Below are positions 62,860 through 64,000 of a stretch of DNA of 64,000 nucleotides, one piece after another (within the stretch, counting starts at the first letter, position 1; the number at the start of each line of letters is the position of its first letter). The stretch is from an uncultured Deinococcaceae bacterium. GTDB taxonomy: Bacteria; Deinococcota; Deinococci; Deinococcales; Deinococcaceae. The translations under genes and the position numbers were made by a program. The notes under the pieces were generated by a model that had not been told where the DNA came from, made no database searches, and saw only the letters and a list, made by a program, of their open reading frames with translations. The stretch is taken from positions 32,001 through 96,000 of the forward strand of contig CAXULY010000016.1 of assembly GCA_964252075.1 (NCBI GenBank), written 5' to 3'.

Positions 62860-64000
62860 ATGAGCCCCGACCTCGCGCCCCCCATGCCCGACGTGCCCGC
62901 CCGCGCCCGCCGCAGCCGGACGGCACCGCTGCTGTCCGCGCTGATCCTGCTGCTCACGGTGGTGTTCAGCGTGCTGCTGGCGGCCAGCGTGCACCAGCAG
63001 CAGCAGGCGCGCTTCGACCGCGAGGTGGCGGTGTACACCCGCGCCCTGCAGGAGCGCCTCACGGCCTACGTGGATGTGCTGCGCGCGGCGCGCGCCCTGA
63101 ATTACGCGGCGGGCTCCACCAGCCAGGATGACTTCCGCCGGTTCGTGCTGAGCGTGGACCTCGGCTCACGCTACCCCGGCATCCAGCGGCTCGGGTGGGC
63201 GCGGTGGGTCAAGCGGGGCGAGGCGGACGGCTTCGTGCGCGAGCGGCGCGCCGAGGGGCAGGCGAACTTCACCCTGCAGCCGCCTGGCGCGCGCCCCGCC
63301 TACACCCCCGTGACGTACTTGGAGCCCCAGGAGGGCGCCCAGCAGGTGCTGGGGTACGACATGTACGCCGACGCCGTGCGCCGCCCCGCCATTGACCGCG
63401 CCATTGACAGCGGCACGTCGGCCGCCACGCCGGGCGTCAGCCTGCGGGCGGGCGGGCGCGGCGGCGCGGCGCGGCGCGGCTTCATCATGTACCTGCCGGT
63501 GTACCGCGGCGGCGGGACGCCCGCCACGGTGGAGGCGCGACGCGCGGCGCTGGAGGGCCTCATGTACGCGCCCATCGGCATGGACGACTTCCTGGCGGGC
63601 GTGTACCCGGCCTCGCGGCTCGGCGCGCTGCAGGTGCGCGTGAGCGACTCGGGCGCGCTGCTGAACACCGCGACGCCGCCCACCGACTTCACGCGCCGCA
63701 CCACCCTGAGCGTCGCGGACCGCCAGTGGACCCTGGACTTCGGCGCGCCCAGCAGTTTCGGGCAGGACCGCGCCATCGCGCTGCCGTGGCTGACGGCGCT
63801 GCTCGGCGCGGCGATCGCGCTGCTGGTGTTCCGCACCACGCGCGCCCTGGAGGACGCCCGCACGCGCGCCGAGGACGCCCGCACGCGCCTCGCGGCGTCG
63901 CAGGCGAAACTCACGCGCGCGCAGGCGGAATTCGAGGCGGTCTTTCGCTCCATGCGCGACACCGCGGTCTTCACGGACACCGCGGGGCGCGTGCGGCTCG
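62860..64000 (+). CDS. CHASE-domain membrane sensor with PAS-like domain (3' end outside window; output domain unknown)
   Basis: Frame open to the window end: TM, FRRFV..YPGIQ.LGW, YLEP..VLGYDMY (CHASE), second TM, coiled coil, then FEAVFRSMRD..VFTD (PAS start). Confidence 0.85.
   Translation, partial: MSPDLAPPMPDVPARARRSRTAPLLSALILLLTVVFSVLLAASVHQQQQARFDREVAVYTRALQERLTAYVDVLRAARALNYAAGSTSQDDFRRFVLSVDLGSRYPGIQRLGWARWVKRGEADGFVRERRAEGQANFTLQPPGARPAYTPVTYLEPQEGAQQVLGYDMYADAVRRPAIDRAIDSGTSAATPGVSLRAGGRGGAARRGFIMYLPVYRGGGTPATVEARRAALEGLMYAPIGMDDFLAGVYPASRLGALQVRVSDSGALLNTATPPTDFTRRTTLSVADRQWTLDFGAPSSFGQDRAIALPWLTALLGAAIALLVFRTTRALEDARTRAEDARTRLAASQAKLTRAQAEFEAVFRSMRDTAVFTDTAGRVRL

Overview
High-GC (roughly 70%) chromosomal window, very likely from a Deinococcus (phylum Deinococcota). 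The FtsZ, PurB, Dxs and MurB sequences are Deinococcus-like, and many genes have a TANNNT -10 box 6-7 nt before the start codon (leaderless-type architecture). Content is mostly core genes: galE, lysA, mnmA, greA, a PilT/PilU-family ATPase, purB, suhB, dxs, pspA, trpL-trpE-(GNAT)-(Imm53)-trpG-trpD, ribF, a split dcw cluster (murD-ftsW / murG-murC-murB-ftsQ-ftsA-ftsZ), phoH-ybeY-dgkA-corC-cdd and aroE. There are also glycoside hydrolases (pullulanase, GH20 hexosaminidase, GH18 lipoprotein chitinase), MFS transporters, regulators and two probable pseudogenes. I found no tRNA, rRNA, CRISPR array, transposase or prophage. Most notable observations: (1) a highly structured ~215-nt leader with an acidic/proline uORF (MDEPPSR...) coupled to a CorC/CNNM-type Mg2+ transporter gene, a candidate mgtL-like ion-sensing attenuator; (2) a ~47% GC Imm53 polymorphic-toxin immunity gene and a GNAT gene inserted and translationally coupled inside the Trp-attenuated trp operon; (3) a complete, apparently leaderless trp attenuator; (4) a dre-like operator before the chitinase. 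All functional calls come from motif recognition by eye; no database search was run.
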